A stretch of 56,067 bases of DNA from Bacteroidales bacterium (GCA_022768005.1 JALEMF010000065.1:1-56067), one strand, 5' to 3'. Shown: positions 1-10,969, counted from the first letter of the stretch. Translations and numbers: made by a program. The notes: a model not told the origin generated them from the letters alone.

Positions 1-294
1 GGACAGCAAATGGCAGGTATGATGAACCAAATGGGCAATGCTATCAACGGTCAAGGCGGTACACCTCCGCCACCACCATCCGTTCAGTACTACGTATCCG
101 TTAATGGTCAGCAATCAGGACCTTTCAATATGGGACAGTTACAACAGTTAGTGCAACAAGGACAACTAACAGCTCAAACATACGTGTGGAAACAAGGTAT
201 GAACGGATGGGAACTTGCCGGTAATGTACCAGAACTCGGTTCTCTGTTCCAAACAAATACACCTCCGCCACCACCTGCACCAATGGTTCCGTAA
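1..294 (+). CDS. C-terminal part of a GYF_2 (DUF4339)-domain protein; the N-terminus probably lies outside the window
   Basis: The frame is open from base 1. Two poly-Pro linkers flank a YYV..NGQQSGPF...L..L...G.L...T.VW..GM.GW motif typical of GYF_2 domains. Confidence 0.6.
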   Translation, partial: GQQMAGMMNQMGNAINGQGGTPPPPPSVQYYVSVNGQQSGPFNMGQLQQLVQQGQLTAQTYVWKQGMNGWELAGNVPELGSLFQTNTPPPPPAPMVP

Positions 295-328
295 AAGAGG
301 GAGTTTCACAATGTAAAAAAATACAGTT

Positions 329-679
329 ATGAACGATAATAATTCATTCAGCAGCATAGATCGCCTGTTAGAATTCGGAATGGGAATGTCTGTAGCTCAG
401 CAGATGATAAAAACCATGAACGACAGTATGGCTCAGATGAATGTACCCGGCGCCGGCACTCCGCTGCGACAAGAACAGCTGAAGTATTATGTTGCCGTAA
501 ACAACGGCGTAGCCGGTCCTTTCACTGAAGAAGAACTTGAGACACTCGTAAAAGCCTGCACCATCACAGCGGACACCCTTGTATGCAAACAGGGTATGAC
601 CGGTTGGGCTAAAGCCAAGGACGTACCGGAAGTGAATAAAAAAATATTGTTAAATACAAATATACCGGTAAAGCAATGA
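329..679 (+). CDS. small GYF_2 (DUF4339)-domain protein
   Basis: 116 aa. The C-terminal half, YYVAVNNGVAGPFTEEELETLV....ITADTLVCKQGMTGWAKAKDVPEV, repeats the GYF_2 pattern of the preceding ORF. Confidence 0.6.
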   Translation: MNDNNSFSSIDRLLEFGMGMSVAQQMIKTMNDSMAQMNVPGAGTPLRQEQLKYYVAVNNGVAGPFTEEELETLVKACTITADTLVCKQGMTGWAKAKDVPEVNKKILLNTNIPVKQ

Positions 680-1023
680 AAATAGACACAGTACGACTTA
701 TAATAGCCGCCGGATTATCACTATTAATCGGCTGGGGATACTACAGTATGTCAACAGTTCATGAAAATGCTATGAGCATCGGTATTGCAACGGGAATTGA
801 AATGCTGTTGGCATGCCTCGGCGGCTTTTGCATTGAATACAAAGAATGTTCACGGGCAGGTGTAGTAATCCGAATTACCTGTATAATCGGAGCAATACTG
901 TTTCTTATCCTTAACGGTATTTTTGCCGGCGTAGGACCTAATACGGCATTCTACATCATCAGTGGCATATTAGCACTGCTTCTGCTGCTTGTGGTGAACA
1001 GTGTTTACCGTACAAAACAATAA
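676..1023 (+). CDS. small integral membrane protein (about 4 TM)
   Basis: 115 aa and strongly hydrophobic. The start overlaps the previous stop (ATGA), which suggests co-translation in one operon. Confidence 0.55.
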   Translation: MKIDTVRLIIAAGLSLLIGWGYYSMSTVHENAMSIGIATGIEMLLACLGGFCIEYKECSRAGVVIRITCIIGAILFLILNGIFAGVGPNTAFYIISGILALLLLLVVNSVYRTKQ

Positions 1024-1065
1024 TCGGCTTTTCTTTGTAATAAGAATAGTTTTGTCACTTTGGGA

Positions 1066-1100
1066 AAAGGTCGTGTCAGAGATGATACGGCCTTTAATTT
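1066..1100 (+). terminator. candidate intrinsic terminator
   Basis: Hairpin aaaggtcgt...acggccttt followed by a T-rich tract, 43 nt after the stop at 1023. Confidence 0.45.
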
Positions 1101-1190
1101 TCCATACTGAATATCAATCAGTTACAAAAATATAATCCACGGGGACCACAGTGGACTGAAATGAATAGTGGTAACATAATTCGAATATCG

Positions 1191-1198
1191 TAACTTTG
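1191..1198 (+). promoter_or_regulatory. Bacteroidota sigma-A -7 box TAACTTTG
   Basis: Matches TAnnTTTG and lies 117 nt upstream of the ATG at 1315. Confidence 0.45.
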
Positions 1199-1314
1199 AC
1201 GGTGAATAAAGAAACTATCATTATTAACAACAAATAAACCACATAAAACATATAGACGGAGGAACCTGAAAATCCGGAAATAGAGTAAGGAAAACTTTCA
1301 AAATAAAAATATTT

Positions 1315-1620
1315 ATGGAAAATCAACAAAAAAAGGGAGGCTGGGGTAAAGCCTCAAAGGTACTGGGCATCATTTCAATAATATTCGCCCTACTGCCACT
1401 GGCAAGCGCATGGTGTATGATTCTCACAGCGTTTAACTACGTTCTTGCTCCAATAGGCATACTATGCGGTATTGTAGCGCTTTGCAAATCACAAAACAGC
1501 ACAACCGCAATTATCGGTATCGTACTATGTGCATTGGCAATATTTGCCCCATACCTTCTTGCAGAATACTACGTTGAAAGCGCAGCATCTTCAATCGGTA
1601 ACTTAATGAAGTTGGTTTAA
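1315..1620 (+). CDS. small membrane protein (DUF4190-like, 2-3 TM)
   Basis: 101 aa. A short polar N-terminus is followed by hydrophobic helices. Confidence 0.5.
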   Translation: MENQQKKGGWGKASKVLGIISIIFALLPLASAWCMILTAFNYVLAPIGILCGIVALCKSQNSTTAIIGIVLCALAIFAPYLLAEYYVESAASSIGNLMKLV

Positions 1621-1639
1621 CAATTAATCCAAGAAAACT

Positions 1640-2326
1640 ATGGATAAGAAAAAATACTTATTTATCGGAATCGGAGTGGTTGTTATCTTCGCAATAATAG
1701 CTTCAATGTGTGGCGGTAGCAAAGAAAAAACAACAGAAGAAAAACAAGAGGAAGCAAAACAGGAAATTGTCCTTAAAGCGGCTCAAACTGAATTGAAAGG
1801 CGACTTGAAAGGCTGCTTTGAAATAGTAGATAAAAATTACAAAATTAAAGATGACTGTTATGGCAGTGACGTAATCGTAGTGGAACTTAAACGTACTGCA
1901 CAAGCACTTCCATTTGACCGTGACGATGTAACCACTTTCGGTGAGGCTAAGGGTGCTACAGCTGAAAATTGCGCAGATTTCGGAATTGAAATTCTTAATG
2001 CAGACGGTGACGTGATTGAGAAAAAAGCAGCTACGGAATCTCCTTGCTCTAACACTGAAGTAATGGAAGCATTAAAACTGCTCACAGACGAAACTGCTAC
2101 TATTGAATATTCTTTCTACAATAGCAAAGACCTTAAAGACGGCGTAAGTTTCCGCATCACTTCTGCTGTTCAGAAAAATGAACAAAGCAAAAAGGCACTT
2201 GAGGAAGAAGAGGCTAAAAAATCAAAAGAAAAATCTTCTGACGAACAAGCACTTGACGATGCTGAAAAAGCACTTGAATTAGCAGGCAAAACTGCAAAAC
2301 TTGCCGGTAAAATCCTCGGAAATTAG
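1640..2326 (+). CDS. hypothetical membrane-anchored or lipoprotein with a Lys/Glu-rich C-terminal tail
   Basis: 228 aa. N-terminal TM or signal ending ..IASMCGG, and a charged coiled-coil-like C-terminus. Confidence 0.5.
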   Translation: MDKKKYLFIGIGVVVIFAIIASMCGGSKEKTTEEKQEEAKQEIVLKAAQTELKGDLKGCFEIVDKNYKIKDDCYGSDVIVVELKRTAQALPFDRDDVTTFGEAKGATAENCADFGIEILNADGDVIEKKAATESPCSNTEVMEALKLLTDETATIEYSFYNSKDLKDGVSFRITSAVQKNEQSKKALEEEEAKKSKEKSSDEQALDDAEKALELAGKTAKLAGKILGN

Positions 2327-2359
2327 TTTAATAGTAATTCTATATGAATTAAACCCGGA

Positions 2360-2393
2360 GGCTGCATCAATTCGTTGGTGCAGCCTTTTTTTT
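2360..2393 (+). terminator. intrinsic terminator
   Basis: ggctgcatcaa-ttcg-ttggtgcagcc hairpin followed by T8. Confidence 0.75.
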
Positions 2394-2480
2394 AGCCTTA
2401 CATCTTTGAGCGCCGAAAAATAAATTTTGAGAATATAGAATTTATTTGTAACTTTACACGCTTAAACTCTTAAAAAAACG

Positions 2481-5096
2481 ATGGCAAACAAAATTGTAGA
2501 GACTCCACTAATGAAACAATATCTCGAGATGAAACAAAAACATCCCGATGCTATTCTGCTTTACAGAGTAGGAGACTTTTACGAAACCTTTTCAGAGGAC
2601 GCCATCACTGCTTCGGAAATACTCGGCATCACCCTCACCAAGCGCGCTAACGGATATGCTTCAACCGTAGAACTTGCCGGGTTTCCTCACCACGCACTTG
2701 ACACATATCTGCCAAAACTAATCCGCGCCGGGAAGCGTGTGGCTATTTGTGAGCAACTTGAAGACCCTAAATTGACGAAGAAACTTGTCAAAAGAGGTAT
2801 CACGGAACTTGTCACTCCGGGTGTTGCTCTGAGCGACAATGTACTTAACCATAAGGAAAACAACTTCCTTGCTGCAATTAACTTCGGCAAAAGTAATATC
2901 GGCGTGGCACTTCTTGATATCTCCACGGGTGAGTTCCTGGTAGCGGAAGGCAATAATGACTATATTGACAAACTGCTTACGAACTTTTCTCCGAAAGAAG
3001 TGCTGATAATGCGTGGGGCAAAGTCAAAATTAGAAACGTCTTTCTCGGCAAAATTCCTTGCTTACGAACTTGACGACTGGATTTTCACTGAAGATGCAGC
3101 AGAAGAAAGACTGCTGAAACAGTTTGAGACCAAGACACTTAAAGGTTTCGGTATAGGGAAAATGCCTGATGCCATAGTGGCAGCCGGAGCAATCCTGTAC
3201 TACCTTGACATCACCAAGCATACACAGATTTCACACATCAATCGTCTGAGCAAGATTGAAGAAAACAAGTACGTGCGACTTGACAGATTCACGGTGCGCA
3301 ACCTGGAACTCGTGGAAAGTTTTTCCGAAGACGGCAAAAGCCTCCTGAATATCATTGACCGCACAGTCACTCCCGTAGGGGCGCGTATGCTTCACCGCTG
3401 GATACTTTTCCCGCTTAAGGACCCGAAAGAAATAAATAACAGGCTTGACGTGGTGGAATATTTCTTCAAACACCCCGATGAGAGGGACGAAATAAAGACG
3501 TACTTAGAGCAAATAGGTGATATAGAGCGACTTACTTCAAAAGTTTCATTCGCAAGAATTTCACCGCGTGAAATGATACAGCTCAGGAACGCACTTAACG
3601 CCATTGAGCCTATCCGCAAAATATGCATTGACTCAGACCTTCCGGTGCTACGCGCCTTAGGTGAGCAACTCAACCCGTGCAATGCTGTAAGCAAACGTAT
3701 CTCCAAAGAGATTGTAGAAAATGCACCTGTTGCCCTCAATAGAGGCAGTGTGATTTGTCCCGGAGTTAATGCTGAACTTGACAACCTTCGCGAAATAGCG
3801 TTCAAAGGTAAAGACTACCTGCTCGGAGTGCAACAGCGAGAAATTAACGCTACCGGAATACCATCGCTGAAAATCGGCTACAACAACGTTTTCGGCTATT
3901 ACATTGAAGTAACAAATACTCACAAAGACAAAGTTCCTGCGGAATGGATTCGCAAGCAGACACTCGTCAATGCCGAGCGATACATCACTCCCGAATTAAA
4001 AGAATACGAAGAAAAAATTCTCGGCGCACAAGAAAAAATTGAAATACTTGAAGCCAAACTCTACTCGGAATTGATATCTATGGTTAACACGTACACCCCT
4101 GCAATACAGCTTGATGCCAAGTTGATAGCACAGCTTGACGTACTTGCAGCATTTACGTACGTGGCTATGGAAAATCATTACAACAGACCTATAGTTGACG
4201 ATTCTCTGAAAATAGAAATCGTGGAGGGTCGCCACCCTGTGATAGAAAAGAATCTGCCACCGGGCAAGCCGTACATCGCAAATTCCGTGACTCTTGATAA
4301 TGACGGGACGCAGATAATGATGATTACCGGACCGAATATGTCTGGTAAGTCCGCCCTACTCCGCTCCACTGCGCTAAACGTGCTTATGGCGCAAATGGGG
4401 TGTTTCGTAGCAGCAGAAAGCGCACACATCGGCATTGTGGATAAAATTTTCACACGCGTGGGTGCAAGTGACAACATATCACTCGGAGAGTCAACATTTA
4501 TGGTGGAAATGACTGAAGCCGCATCTATATTGAATAATATGAGCCAACGCTCACTTATCCTTTTTGATGAACTTGGCAGAGGTACTTCCACATACGACGG
4601 CATATCCATAGCATGGGCTATCGTTGAGCATATACACAACTTCGGAAATCTACACCCGAAAACACTCTTCGCCACTCACTATCATGAACTTAACGAAATG
4701 GAAAAGTCATTCCCGAGAGTAGTGAACTATAATGTTTCAGTGAAAGAGATAGATGGCAAAGTAGTATTCCTCAGAAAACTGCAACGAGGCGGAAGTGAAC
4801 ACAGTTTCGGTATTCATGTAGCCAAACTTGCCGGTATGCCAAGACTGATTGTTGACCGCGCAACGGAAGTGCTTAAACACCTTGAGGCTTCACACCGCGA
4901 CAACACATCAGTAGCAGACATTAAAGATATGCCTAAGCATGAAAATGGTATGCAGCTGTCGTTCTTTCAGCTTGATGACCCTGTATTGGAACAAATCAGA
5001 AATGAAATCGTAGGACTTGACATTAACAATCTCACACCTGTAGCAGCACTAAACAAACTACACGATATAAAGAAAATAATCACCGGGAAAGATTAA
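2481..5096 (+). CDS. mutS: DNA mismatch repair protein MutS
   Basis: 871 aa. GDFYETF mismatch-binding region, Walker [17 protein letters not shown] and THYHEL motifs. Confidence 0.97.
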   Translation: MANKIVETPLMKQYLEMKQKHPDAILLYRVGDFYETFSEDAITASEILGITLTKRANGYASTVELAGFPHHALDTYLPKLIRAGKRVAICEQLEDPKLTKKLVKRGITELVTPGVALSDNVLNHKENNFLAAINFGKSNIGVALLDISTGEFLVAEGNNDYIDKLLTNFSPKEVLIMRGAKSKLETSFSAKFLAYELDDWIFTEDAAEERLLKQFETKTLKGFGIGKMPDAIVAAGAILYYLDITKHTQISHINRLSKIEENKYVRLDRFTVRNLELVESFSEDGKSLLNIIDRTVTPVGARMLHRWILFPLKDPKEINNRLDVVEYFFKHPDERDEIKTYLEQIGDIERLTSKVSFARISPREMIQLRNALNAIEPIRKICIDSDLPVLRALGEQLNPCNAVSKRISKEIVENAPVALNRGSVICPGVNAELDNLREIAFKGKDYLLGVQQREINATGIPSLKIGYNNVFGYYIEVTNTHKDKVPAEWIRKQTLVNAERYITPELKEYEEKILGAQEKIEILEAKLYSELISMVNTYTPAIQLDAKLIAQLDVLAAFTYVAMENHYNRPIVDDSLKIEIVEGRHPVIEKNLPPGKPYIANSVTLDNDGTQIMMITGPNMSGKSALLRSTALNVLMAQMGCFVAAESAHIGIVDKIFTRVGASDNISLGESTFMVEMTEAASILNNMSQRSLILFDELGRGTSTYDGISIAWAIVEHIHNFGNLHPKTLFATHYHELNEMEKSFPRVVNYNVSVKEIDGKVVFLRKLQRGGSEHSFGIHVAKLAGMPRLIVDRATEVLKHLEASHRDNTSVADIKDMPKHENGMQLSFFQLDDPVLEQIRNEIVGLDINNLTPVAALNKLHDIKKIITGKD

Positions 5097-5119
5097 TAAT
5101 ATTATAAATAATCATTATT

Positions 5120-5593
5120 ATGAAGGAAGTAAACCTTAACGTACCTTTGAAAATTGTCGCATACGAGGAACTCAGCGACAAGCAAAAAGACTTGGTAAAC
5201 CAATCTCGCGAAGCAACATTCCGCTCATACGCTCCATACAGTCATTTCAAGGTTGGTGCAGCCATAGCACTGTCAAACGGAGAAGTAATAGTTGGCTCAA
5301 ATCAAGAGAACGCGGCATTCCCTTCAGGAACTTGTGCAGAACGTTCAGCTTGCTACTACGCTCACGCACGCTATCCGGAAGCAAAATTTGAAACAATCGC
5401 AATCTCCGCTCGCGGCACAGATGATGAATTTGTGGAAAATCCTGCAGCTCCTTGCGGTGCATGCCGTCAAGCACTTCTTGAATACGAAACACTTGCAGGA
5501 CATGACGTACAAGTGATTCTTGCAGGCAAAAAGGATATTTACATTTTACCTTCCGTAAAATCACTTTTACCACTTGCATTTGTGGAATTTTAA
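5120..5593 (+). CDS. cdd: cytidine deaminase
   Basis: 157 aa. Zinc-ligand motifs CAERSA and PCGACRQ. Confidence 0.9.
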   Translation: MKEVNLNVPLKIVAYEELSDKQKDLVNQSREATFRSYAPYSHFKVGAAIALSNGEVIVGSNQENAAFPSGTCAERSACYYAHARYPEAKFETIAISARGTDDEFVENPAAPCGACRQALLEYETLAGHDVQVILAGKKDIYILPSVKSLLPLAFVEF

Positions 5594-5620
5594 AAGTTTA
5601 CCATAATAGTATAAAAAAGC

Positions 5621-5660
5621 AAAGCACTCGGATTATGCTATCAGCGAATCCAAGTGCTTT
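5621..5660. terminator. bidirectional hairpin between convergent cdd and ridA
   Basis: aaagcactcggatt...gaatccaagtgcttt with A/T runs on both sides. Confidence 0.6.
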
Positions 5661-5678
5661 ACTTTTATCGTTATAAAT

Positions 5679-6053
5679 TTACTTTACAGCAATTACTTCA
5701 ATTTCTACGAGAACTTGTTTTGGCAGGTCTTTGACTGCCACTGCAGAGCGTGCAGGGAACGGTGATGTGAAATTTGCTGCATACACTTCATTCATAGCAG
5801 CGAAGTCACCCATATTAGCGAGGAAAACTGTAGTCTTGACAACATTATCTACTGACAATCCTGCTTCAGCAAGAATAGCCTTGATATTAGATATAGACTG
5901 AGCTGTCTGTGCAGTAATACCTTCAGGGATATTACCAGTTCCCGGATTAACCGGAATCTGACCTGAGATGAACACGAAAGAGCCCGCATCAATAGCCTGG
6001 CTATAAGGACCGATAGCACCCGGCGCCTTAGTTGTTGAAATTGCCTTTTTCAT
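5679..6053 (-). CDS. ridA: RidA/YjgF-family reactive-intermediate deaminase
   Basis: 124 aa. The YjgF/RidA pattern holds throughout (GPYSQA..., [16 protein letters not shown]). Confidence 0.9.
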   Translation of the reverse strand: MKKAISTTKAPGAIGPYSQAIDAGSFVFISGQIPVNPGTGNIPEGITAQTAQSISNIKAILAEAGLSVDNVVKTTVFLANMGDFAAMNEVYAANFTSPFPARSAVAVKDLPKQVLVEIEVIAVK

Positions 6054-6072
6054 TTTGGAATATATTTATAGA

Positions 6073-7428
6073 TTAATTGTTAATAGTCAAATTAGAAATA
6101 AGAATATCATCGTCATCTTTGTAATTACTGATTTTATCCACAGTGTCAGAAATTTCTTTAAACCGTTCATTAAAACCGGGAATAAAGTCCGATGCACCAT
6201 TTGATGATAACTTTTCAAGCAGCGATTTTACAGTCAAGGCATTAATATCCACAGCCGGCATATATCCGAATTCCTGTACACGACTGTCAACGTACACTTT
6301 CGCTACAACACCAACGTCAAGCAAGTCTTCCAAAATACCGGAGGCAAGTCCGATAGGAAAACCGTACTCAAGGGCTATCATATTTGCGTCAGGAGCCGGG
6401 AGATGTTTTTTGAATTTATCTACCAAAATCGCCATTACAGCCACCACTGCTTTGTATCTGTAATTATCCGAAATGACGGAGATATGCGAAGAAAATGAGT
6501 ATCTGAAGATATTCTGCGATGCGTAGCATATTACAGCACCGGCAAGAGTTATTATCCACACAAACTGAAGCCACAGCATTAACAATGGTAAAAATGCAAA
6601 ACTTCCATAAATGGCATTATACTTCGAGACATACACCTGACCTGATACGAACAACCACTGAAGAACTATGAAGCACGTACCTGAAATTACGCCCGCAAGT
6701 AACGCATTCGGGAATTTGACTTTAGTATTCGGCACCAGGATATAAACACCGGTAAAAAAGAGCCATGTCAGCACAACCCCGGTTATATCAAGGACCGTGG
6801 AAATTAATGGTGAAAACTCCGGATACGGCATCAAAGACTTTAATGTTGATGACATCAACACGTTAATACCCGTAATACTTATCATCAGTACCGGCAATAT
6901 CAAGAAGATAGCTGTGTAGTCCGTAAGTTTTCTCCAGAATGAACGACCTTTACGCACTCCCCATATCTTATTAAATGCGGCTTCACCGGAACTGACAAGT
7001 GAAATAAGTGTCCATAGAAGCATTATAACACCGATACCTACAAACACGCCTTTTGATGCAGTCTCAAGATAAGAATCCACGAATTTAAGTCCTGTCTCTA
7101 TAGCCTCTCTCTGTGATGGAAAATAATTAAACAGAGACGTCTGCATAAGTGATGCAAATCCAAAACCTCTACCGATAGCAAACAGCAATGCCAACACAGG
7201 CACTGTGGCTAACAGAGTTCTGAACGACATTGCACAAGCCGTAGATTGAATGTCAGCGTTAAAAAATGACTTTACGGATAAATTCAAAGTTTTGATAACA
7301 TTAATAATCAGTCCGCTGCGAGTATCACTCCATACACCTTCGTAGCAATACTTAGCCGTCTTTTTTGCCAAATCAATAAGACGGGAAAGAAACGTCAACT
7401 TACCGTTATTATCAAGACCTTTCATCAC
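6073..7428 (-). CDS. YihY/BrkB-family inner membrane protein with a soluble C-terminal extension
   Basis: 451 aa. A multi-TM core typical of YihY/BrkB plus a non-membrane tail of about 110 aa. Confidence 0.75.
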   Translation of the reverse strand: MMKGLDNNGKLTFLSRLIDLAKKTAKYCYEGVWSDTRSGLIINVIKTLNLSVKSFFNADIQSTACAMSFRTLLATVPVLALLFAIGRGFGFASLMQTSLFNYFPSQREAIETGLKFVDSYLETASKGVFVGIGVIMLLWTLISLVSSGEAAFNKIWGVRKGRSFWRKLTDYTAIFLILPVLMISITGINVLMSSTLKSLMPYPEFSPLISTVLDITGVVLTWLFFTGVYILVPNTKVKFPNALLAGVISGTCFIVLQWLFVSGQVYVSKYNAIYGSFAFLPLLMLWLQFVWIITLAGAVICYASQNIFRYSFSSHISVISDNYRYKAVVAVMAILVDKFKKHLPAPDANMIALEYGFPIGLASGILEDLLDVGVVAKVYVDSRVQEFGYMPAVDINALTVKSLLEKLSSNGASDFIPGFNERFKEISDTVDKISNYKDDDDILISNLTINN

Positions 7429-7443
7429 CGAAAACTTATATTG

Positions 7444-8124
7444 TCATTTAACTCGGAACATATACCCTAATGTAATGCCTATTGACATTCCGCGAGACGC
7501 ACTGAAAGTATCTTTCTTGCTTGAAGGAAAAATATTTCCCAAGCCGTAGTAGAAACGCGCTTCGAGCATCAATGAATGACGCTTGCGGATAATTCCTTCA
7601 ATACCAGCACCGAGTACAATACCGTAATCAAACTTATTTTTTATATCCATACCCATCTGCTCCGTAGAACGGTAATCAAGCGGAAAACCCTCGGCATTAG
7701 TCGGGTCCTTATAGTCAAAATTACTGTCAATGGAACTACCTATCATATAGCATAACTGAGGACCGAGATTAAAGAATCCCTTAAACTTTCTTCCGCCGAA
7801 AAAAATATGAGTCATAATCGGCAATTCAAGATAAGTGAGTTTGCGGCTGTAATTCAGTGCCGTACCCGTCAAGTCCTCTTGCCAACCTCTTGTAGTAAAA
7901 TTCAATTCAGTAAGCAAGCCCACATGGCGTTCCTCCGCAAAACGAAAAGACACACCGGCAGTAAGTCCGTTAAGCATTTTCTGCTCGACAGACGGAGAAA
8001 ATGACATTTTAGACATTGCCATTCCGCCATGAAAACCGACGTGTACATGCGGCACATAATGTTTTTGTGCAGATAGCGGCAATACAGTACAAACTAATAT
8101 TAATAACAGATATACTTTTTTCAT
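7444..8124 (-). CDS. outer-membrane beta-barrel (porin-family) protein
   Basis: 226 aa. Signal peptide, alternating amphipathic strands and a C-terminal ..LGYMFRVK. Confidence 0.7.
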   Translation of the reverse strand: MKKVYLLLILVCTVLPLSAQKHYVPHVHVGFHGGMAMSKMSFSPSVEQKMLNGLTAGVSFRFAEERHVGLLTELNFTTRGWQEDLTGTALNYSRKLTYLELPIMTHIFFGGRKFKGFFNLGPQLCYMIGSSIDSNFDYKDPTNAEGFPLDYRSTEQMGMDIKNKFDYGIVLGAGIEGIIRKRHSLMLEARFYYGLGNIFPSSKKDTFSASRGMSIGITLGYMFRVK

Positions 8125-8139
8125 TGATGTGATTTGGTG

Positions 8140-10032
8140 TTATTTAATAATCACTTTAGTTTCAGTACCGTCAGGACAGAAATTAATCAGATACAAATGG
8201 CTGTTAATATATCCTTCCATACCTTCAGGACTTACAATATTAAATCCGGTCTGAATACCTTCGAATCCGTCTTCCTCAACTTCACCTCTGAGGTACTTGA
8301 TGAGGAACGTAGCTGCATCGTATCCTACTATACTTTGCACAGGAACTGTCTCATGCATATTACTTCCGTACCACTGCTTGTACTCATCACGGAACTGACG
8401 TACTCTTTCATCATCGGAAGAAATGTAAAACCTACTGTATATGGAAGCATTCAGTCCGTGAAGCTGTTCAAGATAGTCACTACGGAACGTTACCCATTCC
8501 GGATAACCGAACACTGTGACATTTTCAGGATTTACAGCCGTACTGCGAAGAGTTTTCAGCGCCGGAGCAAATTTTGCAAACTCTGTTCTCAACCCTGACA
8601 CAGGAATGAACACGTAAGCAGAGTCTGTTGTATTGAAATCATCTAAATTGTCTTTTCCCAAGAAACTCCGGAAAGCAATTTCATGATAACTTACTCCTGC
8701 GTCTGACAAACGCTCTTTTAACCCGCTTACAAAATCCGACTTGTCAGCATTACCGTCAATTCGGGCTATAAATACGGGAACATAGCCCTCATACTTCTGC
8801 ATAAACATCTGTATAGCCTTGTCATACATCTGTTTACGCGGAATATTTGCTTGAATTACGGATACATTTGACACATTGCTCGAGTCCTTGACAGCAAACA
8901 AGTTCAGGATTTTCGCATCAGGTGCAATCTCTGAAGCCTGTGAAATGATATATTTCATCTGCGGAATATTGTCTGAAGTAATGATAATGTCCTGGTTCTC
9001 TGAAATATACGTTTTAACAGAATCATTACTTACAGCACTGTCATACGCTTCGATTTTTATTCGTGAACCACTATGACTCTGCTTCTCAACACCAATCAAG
9101 AAGCCTCGATAAAACTCAGTGTAAAGTTGAGAATGTTTGTTGGCGGATTTATCCTCAAGTGAGAAAGGCAACATCAAGGCTATTGTAGTATCATCTTTAA
9201 GCTGAGCAACGTCCTCGACGGCTATAGGCACGGCACACTCCGAAATTCTCTTTTCCGAATCAATAAGCGACTGAGACACCGGTATTGTAATCAAAGCCCC
9301 GGGCACAAATTCTGAAAAACTCAACTGCGGATTAGCCTTCAATATATCTATCTCATTCAAGTCGTATTCTTGAGCGATACTTTCAATGGTTTCACCATCT
9401 TTCATTATGTACTTGATAGTGCCGTCAGAAACATTTACAGGAATTGTTTCGAGAGTATCTTTGCTGACTTCTTCTATTTCCTTCACGTCTTCCTTAACCT
9501 CTTCACGGACAGGAACCGCCGGTACAGGCGCAACCGTAACAACCTCTTTTTCAGGGATATCTATAGTTTTTTTCTCTGCTGCAACTATTTGCTCAGTAAC
9601 GCCTTCCGCTTTTTGAACAGGAATCGCAAGAGTTTCGCCCTTATTAATGCCATCTGAAGCAGTAGGATTAAAATCAATAAGACGGTCCACGGATATGCCG
9701 TATTTTTGAGCAATACCGTAAACAGTCTCGTGCGAACCCACCTTGTGAGAAATCACATAATACCCATTCTTGATTTTAGCATCGTATGAAACAGGGACAG
9801 TAAGCACTGTTCCCGCCTGCAAACCGTCAGCAGCATTTGGATTATATTTCAAAATATCTTTTCTCGGGAGTCCCATTTTCACAGAAAGCTCGTAAATAAA
9901 CTCGTTTTTCTGCGCTACGTAATAATAGTACGCCTTACCATTTATCTTTTTTACCGGCAAATCCAGAGCAAATGCCCCGAGGCAACACAGAAAAGCTGCC
10001 GTAGCCGTAACAATCGCTTTTGTCAATTTCAT
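8140..10032 (-). CDS. LysM-repeat protein fused to a periplasmic-binding-protein-like domain
   Basis: 630 aa. Signal peptide, three LysM-like repeats (e.g. HKVGSHETVYGIAQKYGISVDRLIDFNP) and a large PBP type-1-like C-terminal domain. Confidence 0.75.
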   Translation of the reverse strand: MKLTKAIVTATAAFLCCLGAFALDLPVKKINGKAYYYYVAQKNEFIYELSVKMGLPRKDILKYNPNAADGLQAGTVLTVPVSYDAKIKNGYYVISHKVGSHETVYGIAQKYGISVDRLIDFNPTASDGINKGETLAIPVQKAEGVTEQIVAAEKKTIDIPEKEVVTVAPVPAVPVREEVKEDVKEIEEVSKDTLETIPVNVSDGTIKYIMKDGETIESIAQEYDLNEIDILKANPQLSFSEFVPGALITIPVSQSLIDSEKRISECAVPIAVEDVAQLKDDTTIALMLPFSLEDKSANKHSQLYTEFYRGFLIGVEKQSHSGSRIKIEAYDSAVSNDSVKTYISENQDIIITSDNIPQMKYIISQASEIAPDAKILNLFAVKDSSNVSNVSVIQANIPRKQMYDKAIQMFMQKYEGYVPVFIARIDGNADKSDFVSGLKERLSDAGVSYHEIAFRSFLGKDNLDDFNTTDSAYVFIPVSGLRTEFAKFAPALKTLRSTAVNPENVTVFGYPEWVTFRSDYLEQLHGLNASIYSRFYISSDDERVRQFRDEYKQWYGSNMHETVPVQSIVGYDAATFLIKYLRGEVEEDGFEGIQTGFNIVSPEGMEGYINSHLYLINFCPDGTETKVIIK

Positions 10033-10061
10033 TATCAGAACATCATTTAGTGTTTATTTCG

Positions 10062-10069
10062 CAAAGTTA
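10062..10069 (-). promoter_or_regulatory. -7 box TAACTTTG (minus strand) for the LysM-OMP-YihY-RidA unit
   Basis: Plus-strand caaagtta lies 30 nt upstream of the start at 10032. The four minus-strand genes are separated by only 15-19 nt. Confidence 0.55.
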
Positions 10070-10111
10070 ATCAGAAATTTTGTATTACATAGATAACACT
10101 TGCAGAAAGTA

Positions 10112-10858
10112 CTAAAATTTAATAGTGTCGTTTTTAACAGTCTTTTCAAGGAGCGGCATCAATTTTTTGAAGTCCTTGGAACGCAAATACTTGTCAATAG
10201 CCTCAAAGTGAGTCATATTATGCATATCCGTACCTAAAAAATCCGCATAACCTTGCTCCACAAGCCACTCCGCAACCTTCTTAGGTGTAGTGCCGTGATA
10301 GCCGGCAAGGCTTAAAAGATTTACTTGAAACAAATTTCCGGCTTGATGCAAAGCATCGTATCTCTTTTTGTCGTCATGATAATAACCGAAACGCTCCGGG
10401 TGAGCCATAATAGGCTTAAAACCGCTTATTTTCAAGTCAAAGAGCAGATTATCAAGTCCCCACGGCTCTTGCAAAAAAGAATTTTCCACGAGAAGATAAT
10501 CATCGGGAAACTTAACGAGTTGTCCCGCCTTATATTGCTCCATAAATAGAGAATCAATTCTGTACTCGGCTGAATAAGCCAGTTTGATAGAATTCCCGAC
10601 AGCCTTAACAGCCCTAACAAGACGGTCAAAACCTGCGGCAAGAGTCTGCGGATTGTTTTCAAAAGTTGACTCCGTGACATGAGATGTAAGCACAATGCGA
10701 TTAATACCCCAAGACTGTTCCCCCTCAATCAGTCTCAATGAAGTGTCCTCATCAGGCGAACCATGGTCAACACCAGGCATTATATGACAGTGAACATCTG
10801 TATGAAAAAACAATTCAGGCAATTCTGCCGTTTTCTTCTTAAACAGGAAATCAAACAT
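10112..10858 (-). CDS. CpsB/CapC-type PHP-family tyrosine-protein phosphatase
   Basis: HTDVHCHIMPGVDHG and AHPERF motifs. I chose the start at MFDFLFKK (10858) because a -7 box overlaps the longer ORF start. Confidence 0.8.
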   Translation of the reverse strand: MFDFLFKKKTAELPELFFHTDVHCHIMPGVDHGSPDEDTSLRLIEGEQSWGINRIVLTSHVTESTFENNPQTLAAGFDRLVRAVKAVGNSIKLAYSAEYRIDSLFMEQYKAGQLVKFPDDYLLVENSFLQEPWGLDNLLFDLKISGFKPIMAHPERFGYYHDDKKRYDALHQAGNLFQVNLLSLAGYHGTTPKKVAEWLVEQGYADFLGTDMHNMTHFEAIDKYLRSKDFKKLMPLLEKTVKNDTIKF

Positions 10859-10888
10859 TTTGAAAAACTCATTAATTATTAGACAATG

Positions 10889-10896
10889 CAAATTTA
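10889..10896 (-). promoter_or_regulatory. -7 box TAAATTTG (minus strand)
   Basis: Plus-strand caaattta lies 31 nt upstream of the ATG at 10858. Confidence 0.5.
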
Positions 10897-10961
10897 CAAA
10901 ATAAATATGTACACAAAATGAAAAAATTATGGAAATAATTCACTAATTAAAAAATATTGAT

Positions 10962-10969
10962 TACATTTG
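10962..10969 (+). promoter_or_regulatory. -7 box TACATTTG
   Basis: Matches TAnnTTTG and lies 95 nt upstream of the ATG at 11064. Confidence 0.5.

Noticed and set aside
58-90. Poly-proline-encoding tracts (ccgccaccaccn) at 61..84 and 262..285 as possible DNA repeats.
   Set aside because: They are in-frame PPPPP linkers flanking the GYF_2 domain, not a nucleotide-level repeat element.
1114-1329. A 71-aa minus-strand ORF in the 1024..1314 intergenic region.
   Set aside because: It has low-complexity hydrophobic or aromatic composition and overlaps the promoter and leader of the plus-strand gene at 1315. There is no supporting signal.
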